NCBI RefSeq assembly: GCF_004010195.1
Contig: NC_057718.1
Coordinates: 7,011,579 to 7,075,578 of the forward strand
Reading direction: 5' to 3'
Origin: Chiloscyllium plagiosum
Lineage: Eukaryota
Length of the DNA stretch: 64,000 nt
The notes under the pieces: model-generated
Told to the model about the DNA's origin: nothing
Seen by the model: the letters and a program-made list of their open reading frames with translations, nothing else
The model's database searches: none
Part shown: positions 13,468 through 25,457 of the stretch, one piece after another
Layout: every line of letters starts with the position of its first letter
Numbering within the stretch: position 1 is the first letter of the stretch
Made by a program: the position numbers and the translations under genes

Positions 13468-13661
13468 TTAAGACAAGCTGAGATAAACACTGAGGAGAGA
13501 GAGCAGGAGGACATTCAGACATCCGGCCAGAGTTGGAGCTGTGGACTGGTCGGATATAGAGTTGAACTGGGAGCGACACAGGTTACAGCCAATGCCACAG
13601 AAGGTGCACGTGTCGGTGTCTGACATCACCTTCGAGTTGTACGTCCTCACGACCATCTTCG
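13468..13661 (-). CDS. CD109: CD109 terminal coding exon: KMVVRTYNSKV...CTFCGIGCNLC...LLLSLLSVYLSLS* (GPI signal)
   Basis: Acceptor aaatacag, phase 1; Cys cluster, then small-residue spacer and hydrophobic tail with no cytoplasmic domain; TAA at 13468-13470. Confidence 0.93.
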
Positions 13662-14860
13662 CTGTATTTAAAGCAAAACATGACAATCAATCAATTCACC
13701 CAATCCTATTCCAAAAGACCTCTTTATACAAAACATTGAATGTCTTCAAGATAGAGTTCAATATAGTTCTTACGGCTAAAGGGATGAAGGGGTATGGGGA
13801 GAAAGCAGGGACAGGGGGACTGAGTTAGATGGTCAGCCATGATCATATTGAATGTTGGAGCAGGCTCAAGGGGCTGAATGGTCTACTTTATATATCTTTA
13901 TTTATTTCTAATTTAGCAAAGAATTCCCTCTGAGACACTCATACACCATCCAAATGGACTTTCATCTGCTCTTCCTTCATAGTCACTGATACTTCCAATA
14001 TAAGTAGGCAAAAAAAAAGACATTGAATAATTCCACAGAGGCTGGTATCTGGTCGCCAATCAGGCTTTATTTACTCATGGGGAATCCTTGACACTGATCC
14101 AGCTCCCTCAGAGCCAACTCACTCTAACACTCCCGTTTATTTTTTTCAGGATGTGTGACACTAATGCTCTTTTCTCTTTTTTTTTAATTCTCCCCCCACA
14201 CTACTGCCTGACAGCGGTGGTGCTTATTTTTCCCCAGCATCCATGTTGTGTGTGTGCAGGTGTCGGACACAGCAAAGAACAAGAAGTGCGTGAATCTTTA
14301 TTTATATTCCATCCCCAGGAAGAAAGGAAACACCCGAGTGGCCAGTGACAAGCAGTGCCCTTCTCAAAAGACAATGCTGCATGATCAAACAGTGAAGGGG
14401 AGGGCAGGGATTAAATCAAAATAGAGTTTGAGGGGACATTCTTGTTTTTTTCTCTTAATATGAGTTGGAAAAAACTCCAGAGGTCGGCATACCCTCACCA
14501 AGTCACCCTTTATTTACACATAGAGAGTCCTTGACCCTGATCCAGCTCCCTTAGAGCCAACTCTCAGAGTGAACAGAACCTCTGACACAACTGCTTTTTT
14601 TTTCTCCTTTTTTTTCTTCTTTTTGGATGTGGGCAGCTGGTCCACAGTCAGTTCCCTCCCCTCTGACACAATCAAGAGGAGAGTCCTTGCACATACTGAT
14701 CCAGCTCCCTCAGAGGCAGCTCTCAGCGTGAATAGAATTTCTGAACAGAACTCCTGTTCTTTTATTTTCGTTTTTTTCTCTTTTTGTTATATCCCCACAC
14801 TACCACCTAACTGTGGTAGTTTAGGGTGTAGGTTTGCTCGCTGAGCTGTAGGTTTGATAT

Positions 14861-14900
14861 CCAGACGTTTCATTACCTGGCTAGGTAACATCATCAGTAG
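14861..14900 (-). ncRNA. Minimal hammerhead ribozyme motif, sense to the CD109 last intron
   Basis: Reverse complement of the 15207-15240 core; stem I is CTA/TGG (one U-G pair). Confidence 0.75.
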
Positions 14901-15203
14901 CGACCTCCAAGTGAAGCGAAGCTGTTGTCTCCTGCTTTCTATTTATATGTTTGTCCTGGATGGGGTTCCTGGGGTTTGTGGTGATATCATTTCCTTTTCG
15001 TTTTCTGACACATGCCAGAGAATTCCTAGAGGCCTGGCACTCCAACCACAACGCCATAAACAAACACATAGATCTCGATGCCATCTATCAACCCCTCAGA
15101 AAACGAACAGGAAATGACATCACCACAAACCCCAGGAACCCCATCCAGGACAAACATATAAATAGAAAGCAGGAGACAACAGCTTCGCTTCACTTGGAGG
15201 TCG

Positions 15204-15243
15204 CCACTGATGATGTTACCTAGCCAGGTAATGAAACGTCTGG
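15204..15243 (+). ncRNA. Minimal type-I hammerhead ribozyme motif (Penelope-associated)
   Basis: CCA-CTGATGA-T-GTTACCT/AGCC/AGGTAAT-GAAAC-GTC-TGG: intact core, 7-bp stem II, 3-bp stem I, ACGT palindrome in place of stem III. Confidence 0.8.
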
Positions 15244-15811
15244 ATATCAAACCTACAGCTCAGCGAGCAAACCTACACCCTAAACCTCAACCTGAGCTAC
15301 AAACCTTCACAAATCTTGCAAATAACTGCAGTGGTGCTTATTTTTCCCCAGCATCCATGTTGTGTGTGTGCAGGTGTGAGACACAGTGAGAGACACAAGG
15401 TGTACGAATCTTTATTCAATTCCCACCACCAGGAAGAAAGGAAACCCCCGAGTGGCCAGTGACAAGCAGTGCCCTTCTCAAAGGGCAATGTTGTGTGATC
15501 AAACAGTGAAGGGGAGGGCATGGATTAAATCAAAATAGAGTTTGAGGGGACATTCTTGTTTATAATATTTTATTAAACAAATTACAACACAATTTACAAA
15601 AAACAGTTAACATTTACAGCTGTATACAACAGCAATTTTACAAGGGAGAGGAGCAGTAAAGCTAGGCCCCAAACCTTACTGTTCAACCAGTTTACAGGGA
15701 AATGAGGACATTCTTGTTTATATCTGTCAGCCAAGGCTCCCTTATTGGACCAGATTAACAGCCTCAATCAGGGAACTTGTATTCCATTCGGCTGACCTTG
15801 TTATGATCTTT

Positions 15812-16243
15812 ACAAGGTGTACCAGGATGTTGTCTGGATTGGATTGTATTAGCTATAAGAAGTGGGTGGACAAATTGCATTGTTTTTACTAGGGTATCCA
15901 AGGCTGAGGACTGACCTGATAGAAAACTATAAAGGTATGAGAGGTGTGGATAGTGTGCATAGTTGGAGACTTTTTCCCAGGATAGAAATGTCAAATACTA
16001 GGGGGCATAGGTTTAAGGTGAGAGGGGAAAGTATGTGTAAAAGGCAAGTTTTTTTACACAGAGGGAGGTGGTAGGTGCAGAGACAGTAGTAAGGTTTCAG
16101 AGGCATTTAGACAGACATGCACAGACAGAATAGAGGGATACAGACTATGTGCAGGCAAAAGAGATCAGTTTAGAATAGCATCATGGTCAGCACAGACATG
16201 GTGGGCCGAAGGGCCTGTTCCTGTGCTGTAGTGTTCTATGTTC
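15812..16243 (+). mobile_element. CR1 3' fragment
   Basis: TRGHRFKVRG peptide and CR1 tail. Confidence 0.8.
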
Positions 16244-16706
16244 TAGGATCGAGGCTGTAGGTTCTCTGCTATCTGCTGTATGTGTGAGAAACACCCCTCC
16301 TCACAATCCAGTGATATACAGAGAACAGGCAGCACCACCTTCTCCAGGGGCACTGGCAATGAATGTTGTCCCAGCCAAAAATGCCAACATCCTGAGAATG
16401 TGTATTTAAAATAGTAGGGTTGTGTCATTATTTTCTTTTGAGAGATTACGGTGGAGAGCCAACCCACTCTGACAGCAGGATATTGGATATGCCAAATTTG
16501 GATGGAACTAATTTTGAGACATGTCCCAGATCCTCCCTGCTGTGGTCAGTCAGGGTCTGGACAGTATAATTAGAGATACACATTGTCATCCTACAGAGAT
16601 CCTGATGCACTGACTCTGTGGGAACTGCGATGAACAATGCCAGGCCCCTGGGCAAATGACTCCAACTTGAAGTTAGAGTCAGAGACATCACATGACTGTG
16701 ATTTAA

Positions 16707-16790
16707 GAAGGGCTTATGCCCGAAACGTCGATTCTCCTGTTCCCTGGATGCTGCCTGACCTGCTGCGCTTTTCCAGCAACACATTTTCAG
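16707..16790 (+). mobile_element. 5'-truncated arm of the same palindromic family
   Basis: GGGC/TTAT/GCCC-GAAACGTC with CTGA lost; TSD CTGTGATTTAA at 16696-16706 and 16791-16801. Confidence 0.85.
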
Positions 16791-17120
16791 CTGTGATTTA
16801 ATCCTCCCTGGAGAGTTCCCCTGGAAATATTAAACCTGAATCTGCCTCCTGGGTAACTCAACAACTGGCTCTTTTGATGCTATCCTCCTCCCAAGCCCCG
16901 CTCAACACCCTCACCCTCGATTCTACCCCCTCATCCTGAACTGACCACTCCCCCACAACACAAGACCCCCTGACACTCCGAAATGCTCCATTACACCAGC
17001 CGACAACCCAGCTTGCCCCCACGCCCTGACCGACTCCAGAGAAATTAGACCAACGTTTCCATATTGGCGAGGGATACAGATCCACACCCAAACTTCAAAC
17101 CAAAAAATTCAGGGACTCAC

Positions 17121-17223
17121 CTGGCTCATAATACTGAAGTACTCTGACCGTGGCATCCTGGGCATTTGCAACTTTGGAGTCCCTTATCATGGGGATGCTC
17201 ACACAGATCTCAGTGTCATTAAG
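17121..17223 (-). CDS. CD109: CD109 exon, 103 nt: LNDTEICVSIPMIRDSKVANAQDATVRVLQYYEP
   Basis: YYEP motif; acceptor tctttctag, donor gtgagt; phase 0 to 1; preceded by a 171-nt intron. Confidence 0.95.
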
Positions 17224-17394
17224 CTAGAAAGAAGAAAACACCAAGTCATAGAGAGTCATGTTTCTAAGTGTCCAAATCTGAACTTTCTACGATTTACACG
17301 AGAACATTCCCACAGAAACCTCTTCTCCGAAACATTGAAGAGAGGTACCAGGGGTGGACACACCCTCCACATGAAAGAAAAATCCCTGACTCAC

Positions 17395-17551
17395 CGAGTC
17401 AAAATACAGAATGACTTGTCCAGCTTCAAACTCGACTCTTTTCATTGGGTTCTTGACCTGGATCTTGTTCATTTCTGGGATAAAGCCACTCAGCATTCCG
17501 ACTTCCATCAGAACCATTCCCGTGCTGGACATGTTTCCCTCACCTCGATAC
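17395..17551 (-). CDS. CD109: CD109 exon, 157 nt: YRGEGNMSSTGMVLMEVGMLSGF...VILYFDS
   Basis: A2M receptor-binding motif (MxxMEVxxLSGF ... LYxD); acceptor tcctcaag, donor gtgagt; phase 2 to 0. Confidence 0.95.
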
Positions 17552-20500
17552 CTTGAGGAACAAAGGCAAAATCAATTTCATCTTTATTGCTATTTTACAT
17601 GAGTTGCAATATTATCTTTCCCCTTCCCCCACTGGCCGTCCATCCATCATTACTCAAGTATGTTTTAGGGAGTGTTATTTCTCTCCATTAAAGTGGAAGG
17701 GGTTAGGTATTGGGTATGTCCAGAAGTGCTCTGTCTCATCACCAAATCACCCATTATATTTTTTAACTACCACCAGTCAATCACCATGTTTTCCCAATTC
17801 ATCAATTTCCACACAAAACCCATTGACAGCAATGAAGATCCCCACTGGTGATGGAGAGAGGGAGAAAATTCCAGATTTTATTCATTGGATTCAAAGTCCA
17901 CCAGCAGCTCCATTGTGGGTCATTGAGATTGTTTCTCTTATGGATATTAATAATATCAACAAGACCACAAAAACATAGCTAAAAAGTGACACAGGTTGTT
18001 AAAACTTTTCAGTTGGCAGTTATCAGGAAACGTGGAAGAAGACAAATTTTCACCAGATTGTAACAATTGAGAAAGGATTGTAACAATTCATCGGCAAGTT
18101 TGCTGTGATTGGCTACGGCATTGCCATGGAAGCAGATATGCCAAACTATAGGCTGCCCAAGTTCCTGGGTAATTCAAACAGGGCAGAAAGTCTTGAATGT
18201 ATTTGTTGCACAGAATGTGAATGCACCTTGGTTCAAGCTAATATAAGTCAGCCATGCTGTAAATGTTTTCTAATTAATAAACAAGATAAATCTACCTTAG
18301 AGAAATAAAAAAGCTAATACTAGACAGGCAACATGGTTGTGTCAAGGGCAGGTCATGTCTGACAAATTTAGTTTGAGTTCTATAACAAGGTGACACAGGT
18401 AGTGGATGAGTGTAGTGCTGCGGATGCTCAGTATTTGGACTTTCATATGACGCCATTTGGCAGGTTAGTTAGCAAATTGGAAATGTTTGGGATTGATGGT
18501 CTTTGGCAGCAAGGATTGAAGTTCGATAAAGGAGCTGAAACAGAGGGTAGGTACGGATGGGCATTTCTCAGACTGGAGATGAGCTGTAAGTGGTGTTCCC
18601 CAGGAATCAATGTTGGGACTCTGGCTTTTTGTGATTTATATTAATGAATTTGGAGATGGGCGTTGCAGGCAAAATCTCTAAATTTGCAGATGATCTGCAG
18701 AGTCCCGGATGTTTGGTTGAGTGCACATGGTGCTGACAAATGCTGAATTTAGTGAGGGGCAGTGGTTGAGAAAACGCTTGATGCCTCACTTAATAAATCA
18801 CAAGACAGGCTCTCCAAAGAGCCAACTCCCACTCTGTCCTTATTATAACATCCAGCTGCTGGTCAAGATAATCCTGACCCCTGGATATTGGCCATCATTC
18901 CTGGCAACTTGTCATACGTTTGAACACCAGACTGAAGCACTCAATGAACACCATTTCCAAGTCTTGATTGTCATTTAGAAAGTGATAATTCTCTCTACAC
19001 AGGAGGACATACTGCCTTACTTGTACAATCCTTGTAAAGCACTTTATTGTTCCTTATGATACTTTATTCATTCTTTTTCCACGTACTCACTCCTTTCCAT
19101 CCTTCCTCATCCTTTACTTCTCTTATTCTCCTTTACTTTCAAGTCTTCATTACTATACTAACTATCTCTCTGGATGAGACCCCATTAGAGATTTTTAAAA
19201 TGATGAGAGAGTTGGATGGGTCAAGCCTAGAGAAGGTGGTCATACTTGTGGATGCAGACTAGAGGCTTGGGTTATTAGGCAAAGTCAGTAATAAATCCAA
19301 GAGGAAATGTAACAGAAACGTCTTCAGCTTGGAGGTGGGGTCAGAATGTGCAACTGCAACTTACACCAGTTGGTGACGCAGAGGTGAACACTACTGCCTT
19401 ACAGTGCCAGGGACCTGGGTTCAGTTCCCCCCTTGGGTGACTGTCTATTTGGACTTTGCATGTTCTCCCTGTGACTGTGTGGGTTTCCTCCCACAATCCA
19501 AAAATGTGCAGATTAGGTAGATTGGCCATGGGAAATATGGGGATAGAGTAGGGGGCTCCCTTCAGAAGTTTGGCACAGACATGATTTTCATGTGTGGAAA
19601 TAGGCCATTCAGCTCAAAATGTCCACACCAACTCTCCAAAGAGCATCCCACCCAGACTCAACCCCCTACATTATCCCTTTAAACCTGCATTTTCCCTGGC
19701 CAATGCATCTAACCTGTACAACTTTGGACTGTGGGAGGAAACCCAGAGGAAACCCACGCAGACACGGGGAGAATGTGCAAACTCCACACACACAATCACC
19801 CAAAGGTGGAATTGAACCCATGTCCCTGTGAGGTAGCAGTTCTAGCCACTATGATGGGTCAACTGGCCTCTTTCTGCACTGTAGGGATTCTACCTTTGAT
19901 AATTACAGGGAAACTAAATGAAGTAAGGAAAACAGAACACTAGCTGAGTACTTGGCTTTGTGCTGTTAAGTCCAATATATTATAATAGGCCTTAATCATC
20001 CATTTTAGTTGTTTTCCAACTTTGTTGCTCAACTATAATTTTCTGAAATAAAGAACATCTTTATTGACTTAAATGGATCTATTGAGTTGGTACTTTTACT
20101 GCCTCCTTTTAAAAATGCCAATGTTTACTCTCCACTCCTGGGAGCTTATTCCTCCTTCCACTTCACCTGAGCCAGCACAGTCCTCATCCCCTGAAAACCA
20201 CCAAAACATAACCTGGTGCTCTGGTGACCTCTCAACTCCTGCACATCAGCAATCCCAGTGAGGGACACCAGATAGCGATCAGGGGCAGGTTCACAGCTGA
20301 TTTTGCCTCTCGTTGTCCTGGGGATGGTCAGGAAACCTCCACTGCTGCCCCCAGCTCAGATTTGTCAAGTTGTTGGCGATAATGATGGGCAAGGCGTTGT
20401 CATCAAGTGCGCAACTGACACTGTGGACTTGTCGGTTGCCCCTTGATTCAAGGAGACGAATTTCTGTCGTGGCTCTTCATGTGACTGAGCGGGCTGGTTT

Positions 20501-21038
20501 CCAATTCCCAGATCCTTGACCTAATTGGGCAAGATGGCCCCTGAGGTATTTGGATCTGGACAGCAGGATTTTCTTTGCTTCCCCACTCTGCCTCATCGTT
20601 AAGCCATTTGGATTCAGAAAGATGCAGCTGGATGGAAGGCTAGCCAACATTTTGAACAATTGGTAGAAAGTTCCTTGTGGTCATTCATGTCAATGCTGCT
20701 GTGATTCAGGGAGAGCTTCTGCGCATTTTTATTCAAGCTTCTTTGTCCTCTCCCGAGTCTTTTGTGAACTGAGAGAACAGTTAGTTGGCCAGTTGTTTTT
20801 CAAGCACACAGTGTCCAGTCCAGGAGAGAGGGTTGGTGTAGCTCAGTTGGCTGGATAGCAAGGCCCAGTGACATTAACATCATCCCTGCTTCAGCTGAGG
20901 TTACCATGAAGGATTCTCCTTCTCAACCTTCCGCACCACCCTCCCGCTTCAAGTGAAGCAAGGCGACCTTCGCGTTAGCCCACCACCAGTCATCACTCTC
21001 TAATGAGACAGCAGCCCTATTTGTCTGGGAAGAGTTTT

Positions 21039-21340
21039 TGAAACGATTTGTAGCTCGGGTTGTGAAGGAAGTCGTGGATTCATTGCTGAGCTGCTGTGGT
21101 TTTCTGCAGATGTTTCATCACTTCGCTAGGGTGACATTGCCAGTGCGTCCTCAATAAAGTGTTGGTAGTCTGTCCCGCCTGCTATTTATGTGTGTCTGTG
21201 TTTTAGTACTTCTGGATCTGTATCTGAGTGGCTTGCATATGTGTTGATTTTGCAGCAGTTTTGCTTAAATGCTTGAAACGATTTGTAGCTCGGGTTGTAA
21301 ATGAAGCTGTAGATTCGTTGCTGAGCTGCTGTGGTTTTGC
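21039..21340 (-). mobile_element. Old Penelope terminal-repeat fragment with partial tandem copy
   Basis: Reverse complement matches the cagctcagc...aacccgagctacaaa tail at 15257-15305; 21039-21103 is repeated at 21273-21338. Confidence 0.65.
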
Positions 21341-22123
21341 AGCAGTTTTGCTTAAATGTTTCCAGAATTGGCTTCAAGACACACTGTTCAGCAGCCCTCT
21401 GATTAGATCTGATTAATGTCATGGAGCTATTGCTGGGGGATTTTCTCTAACACATTTTGGTATCTCTGATACCCAGTCCTGGGCTCCCTGAAGCACAGTG
21501 CTGACCCTGCTCTGTACCCTGGGACTGCTGTGGACTGTGATGTCAAACACTCTCTGCAGGAGCTGAGCTGGTCCAGCTGTGCTCATCCTATCCACGGCAT
21601 GGTATTCTTTCAAGAAACGTGACTGCCAACTTATGGAAGGCAATTGAGAATAAAAAATTTCAAAGTAGGCATATTTAACACTGATGTGTGCCAGAGACAG
21701 ATGATCTTTAATGAGATCTTAATGACTGTATGTTTTTGTTTTTCCATAGTTTTCACTGTGGACTGAATTTGAAAAGGGCTTTACAACAAAGGACTATGCA
21801 AAGTATTGCAGTACTTTTAAAAAGCAAGTTACTCAAACTCATTGCCAGTTTTGTTTACATTGTTGCTTGGCAAGCAGCAGGTGAAGGTGTAGGAGGAGAT
21901 AGCCCAGATCCAGGAATCTGTGCGGAAAGCGAGATTCGGCCAGCAACAGGTTGCTGATTGGTTTGTGGGGTTGTGATCAGTTGTGAATGAAAAAGGCCAT
22001 CAGCCTGGTAACAGCTATCTGATGGTCTTCCTGGAAGCTGAACAGCTTGTGGGTGTGAACGATACAGGCAGAAGCTTTCAGACTGCTACAAGTCTTGGTG
22101 GTGGGAGTGTGTGTGTGTGGTCG

Positions 22124-22124
22124 G

Positions 22125-22168
<44 letters not shown>
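22124..22168. repeat. (CT)n microsatellite
   Basis: Directly visible. Confidence 0.95.
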
Positions 22169-23339
22169 CCCCCACCTCCCCCAAGTAAAATACCTACAGC
22201 TTGAAGAAAGCCATTTTATTTCCTTCCACTTAAAGTGCGACCTTTGACTGGCAACTAAGCCACTTTGCAGTTAGAATACTAAACACTTGAGCCCCCTGTG
22301 AAGGAGTAAAAAGCCTTGGAGAGCAGAAGGATAATCTCAGTGACCTGGTGACATTGAACTGTTCTCCCAGTATTCATTCCTTTCTCCTGCCCATATCACT
22401 ATTTGTTTTGCTTGTCTGTGCCTATCTGTACATAGGCTTTTAGAAGAGGATTTAGAAGTTTTTAGAAGGTTTCCAAATTTGAACTAATAGATTTAAATGT
22501 CAACAATAGCCATTTACCTGGGAGTTAGACTCTATTTATTTATAATTAGTTTGAAATTGATCATTGAATTTATAATTCTTTTCAAATATAAACGTTTGTT
22601 GTATATTTTCTTGTAACCTGTGTCTATCAGGCAGGGAAACTGGGGATTTTCTCTACCCTGATAAAATCTTTAATGACAATCCTAGGAAGAGTGGAGCTTG
22701 GTTTCTAGTATGTTACCCCAGTAAGATGTAACACGTACAGCCCAACCAACATGGAAAAGAAGGCAACTGCAGTAACGCTGGGAAGAATAGGATTTGAAGC
22801 TCAATCATTGAGACCAAACAGAGATCTTAAGCCCACACATGCTGTGAGTTGGGAGAGGAAGGGCATTTTCCATCCAACAGCCTCCTAACAAGGCTCTTCC
22901 GTGCTCACGGCCCAATGAAGGCAGGTTGGACCATTGAAGCTGCCCTCCAAATTGCAGGGCTCTATCACAGCAGCACCATGGAGAGCACTGGGCAGCCTGG
23001 AGAAAATAAGGACCCCTCAACATGATGTTCCTCTGGGGCTGAGAGAAGGTACCACTTAAAATTAAATCTTTCGAGGGTCAAGCTGGAAGGGCATGTGGAT
23101 TGGAGGGGAAGCCCTCCGGTACAGTCTCTGCTTCCAGAGGCCAGTGCTGAGGTGGAGTCTCCAGCTCTGATGGACTCCAATCCTCTGCAGGGAGGCCACC
23201 TCCATCGAAGTGGGAGACTTGCCACCACTGGCAAGTCCCGGAAATGGGAATACATGACGAAGCCATCCAGGCTGATCAGTGACAAGCAAGATTCAAGCCA
23301 AATAAGTTCAGTAGATGATCATCTCTGGCAACAGAAAAT

Positions 23340-24100
23340 CTAACCATTTGTGCCTTGATATTCAATGGCATTACCATCACTGAAGCCCCCTCTATCAACA
23401 TCCTGGGGGTGGCCATGGACCAGAAACTCAACTGGATTCATCACATAAACACAGTGGCTGCAGGAGCATGTCAGACAGCGGGAAGTTTGTGGACAGTAAC
23501 TCATCCCCTGGCTCCCCAAAGCCTGTCCACCATCTACAGGAGTGTGATGGAATACTCCCCACTTGCCTGGATGGGGGCAGCTCCAACAACACTCAGAACG
23601 CTCGACACCATCCAGGACAAAGCTGCCCAGTTGATTGGCACCATATCCACAAGCATTCAGTCCCTCCACCATCGACACTCAGTAGCAGCAGTGTGTACTA
23701 TCTACAAGATGCACCGCAGAAGTTCGCCAAAGATCCTTAGATAGCACTTTCCAAACTCTGAAGAAGGATAATTGGACCTGAAACATTAACCTTGCTTTCT
23801 TCACACACATGCTGCCAGACCTGTTGAGTTTCTCCAACAATTTCTGTTTTTATTTTCCTTCCGAACCCATCATAACTTCCATCTAGAAGGACAAGGGCAG
23901 CAGACATGTGGGAACATTACCACTTGCAAGTTCCCTTCCACTGACCATCCTGACTTGGAAATATATCGCTGCTCTTTCTCTGTTGCTGGGTCAAAAACCT
24001 GGAACTCCCTCCCTAACAGCACTGTCCTCAGTTTGAGGACAATTAGTCAAGGACAATATCTGCTGTTTGTGCTAGTACCACCCACATAACATGAAAGAAG
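23340..24100 (+). mobile_element. CR1-group LINE 3' fragment
   Basis: ILGVAMDQKLNWIHHIN...RSVMEYSPLAW: C-terminal part of a LINE ORF2. Confidence 0.8.
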
Positions 24101-24177
24101 AAATTAAAACAAAACACAGCTCCCTACTCACTTCCCAGCTCCCTCACCTCCAGGCCAACCATCCGAGGTTGTGAAAA

Positions 24178-24196
24178 TACTGCCCCCTAGTGCTCG
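24178..24196 (-). promoter_or_regulatory. CTCF-like motif CGAGCACTAGGGGGCAGTA
   Basis: Close match to the CTCF core, inside a CD109 intron. Confidence 0.5.
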
Positions 24197-24351
24197 CTGG
24201 GACTTATTGTGTAACACTCCTGCCTCTGTCAGAAAGCTATTCATTCTAATCCCGCTCCAGAGACTTAAATGCAACAGTTCTGAGAATTAAAGTGGAGTAC
24301 TGAGACAGTGCTGCACTGTCAGAGGTGCAGTTTTTCAGGTGAACTGAGGTT

Positions 24352-24856
24352 TTAGCTACACTCTGTTGACATTATTCCAACACCAGCACAGCCAATACAT
24401 GGCTTGGTTTGGTAACTGCTCTGTCCAGGGCCATAAGAAACTGCAGAGAGTTGTGAACACAGCCCAGCCCAGCACGCAAACCAACCTTCCATCCATTGAC
24501 TCCCATCTACACTTCTCATTTCCTCGGGAAGGCAGCCAACATCATCAAAGAGCCCTCCCACCTCGGTTATAATCTCTTCCAACTTCTTCCATCAGGCAGA
24601 AGATACAAAAGCTTAAACACACTTACCAACAGATTCAAGGACAGCATTTACCCTGCTGCTATCAGACTTCTGATTGAACCTCTCAAATTTTAAATTTAAT
24701 GTTGATCTCGCTCTCTGTGCCCCTTCTCTGCAGCTGTATTCCTCGCTCTGTTCTATTACCCTAATGCATTTTGTATGATATGATCTGCCAGTACTGCATG
24801 CAAAACAAAACTTTTCACTGAATTGCGGTACATGTGATAATAATAAATCAAATCGA
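24352..24856 (+). mobile_element. Rex1/Babar-type LINE 3' end (second copy at ~39205-39598, minus strand)
   Basis: AWFGNCSVQGHKKLQRVVNTAQ; LLPSGRRY...TNRFKDSIYPAAIRLL; aataaatcaaatc tail. Confidence 0.75.
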
Positions 24857-25317
24857 TACCATACTCACAAAGAGTCATCAATGTTGTGATGTAGGGGACA
24901 CTGCAGTCCCAGTGTGTGCCCACCAAGCTCCCAGATAATCGGTCTATAAGGAACCCAAATGGGTCATGAATGTTCTTTAGGGAAGGAAGCCTTCTATCTT
25001 TAATCAGAGTGGACCTTTATGTGAATCAAGCCACATATCAATATTCGTCACTTCAAAATGTCTTCCCACATTTCTCATATTCATCTGTCAGCATCTCAGG
25101 GCAACGAAGGATGGACAACAAATGACATTCTATTCAAGTGTGGTCACTCTTGTGCTGGAAGGAAGATGGCGATTAATTTGTTCACAGTAAGCTCCTACCA
25201 ACAGCCAGGTAATAAATTACCAGCCAATCACAGGATAACTGAGCTGCAGAAGCAGTTAGTTCTTTTATTGCATTGGAGGAAGAAAGGTTGACCAGTTAAA
25301 ATGAGAGCGGTGTTTAC

Positions 25318-25457
25318 CTGGTACAGATATGAAGTAATAGGTGATTCAGGTCATCCATATTGTCTACAACATCAACTTCTAAATCAAATATTTCCATCTC
25401 CACAGATCGCCGTTTCTTTGATACGACTTCACTCTCCAGATTGAACTGAATGTTGAG
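25318..25457 (-). CDS. CD109: CD109 exon, 140 nt: LNIQFNLESEVVSKKRRSVEMEIFDLEV...DDLNHLLLHICT(R)
   Basis: Multibasic processing site and start of the MG8/receptor-binding domain; acceptor tcttaaag, donor gtaaac; phase 0 to 2. Confidence 0.94.

Larger units (their letters stand above)
14819..15322 (+). mobile_element. Short Penelope-like element, 190-bp inverted arms, hammerhead motif in each arm
   Basis: Arms 14819-15008 and 15096-15285 (about 3 mismatches). Spacer encodes HAREFLEAWHS...INKHIDLDAIY, homologous to the ORF end at ~55000-55080. Confidence 0.92.
14030..15814 (-). mobile_element. Nested stack: repeated LTR-like host pieces with poly(A)-tailed (Tx1/L1-like) inserts
   Basis: Host motif ctgatccagctccc..agagccaactc occurs three times; a ~245-bp insert occurs twice (14192-14435, and 14793-15549 split by the Penelope element), each preceded by a T tract. 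Confidence 0.55.

Noticed and set aside
14819..15285. DNA transposon/MITE or pre-miRNA
   Set aside because: The spacer encodes the Penelope ORF end, and the arms match the terminus of the 53070-55290 element.
20200..20830. Decayed coding-like segment (also ~22975-23300 and ~37690-37990)
   Set aside because: Probably old LINE debris; no motif I can name with confidence.
21686..22732. Solo LTR ending in ...TGTAACA
   Set aside because: LTR-like composition, but I could not define the 5' end or a TSD.
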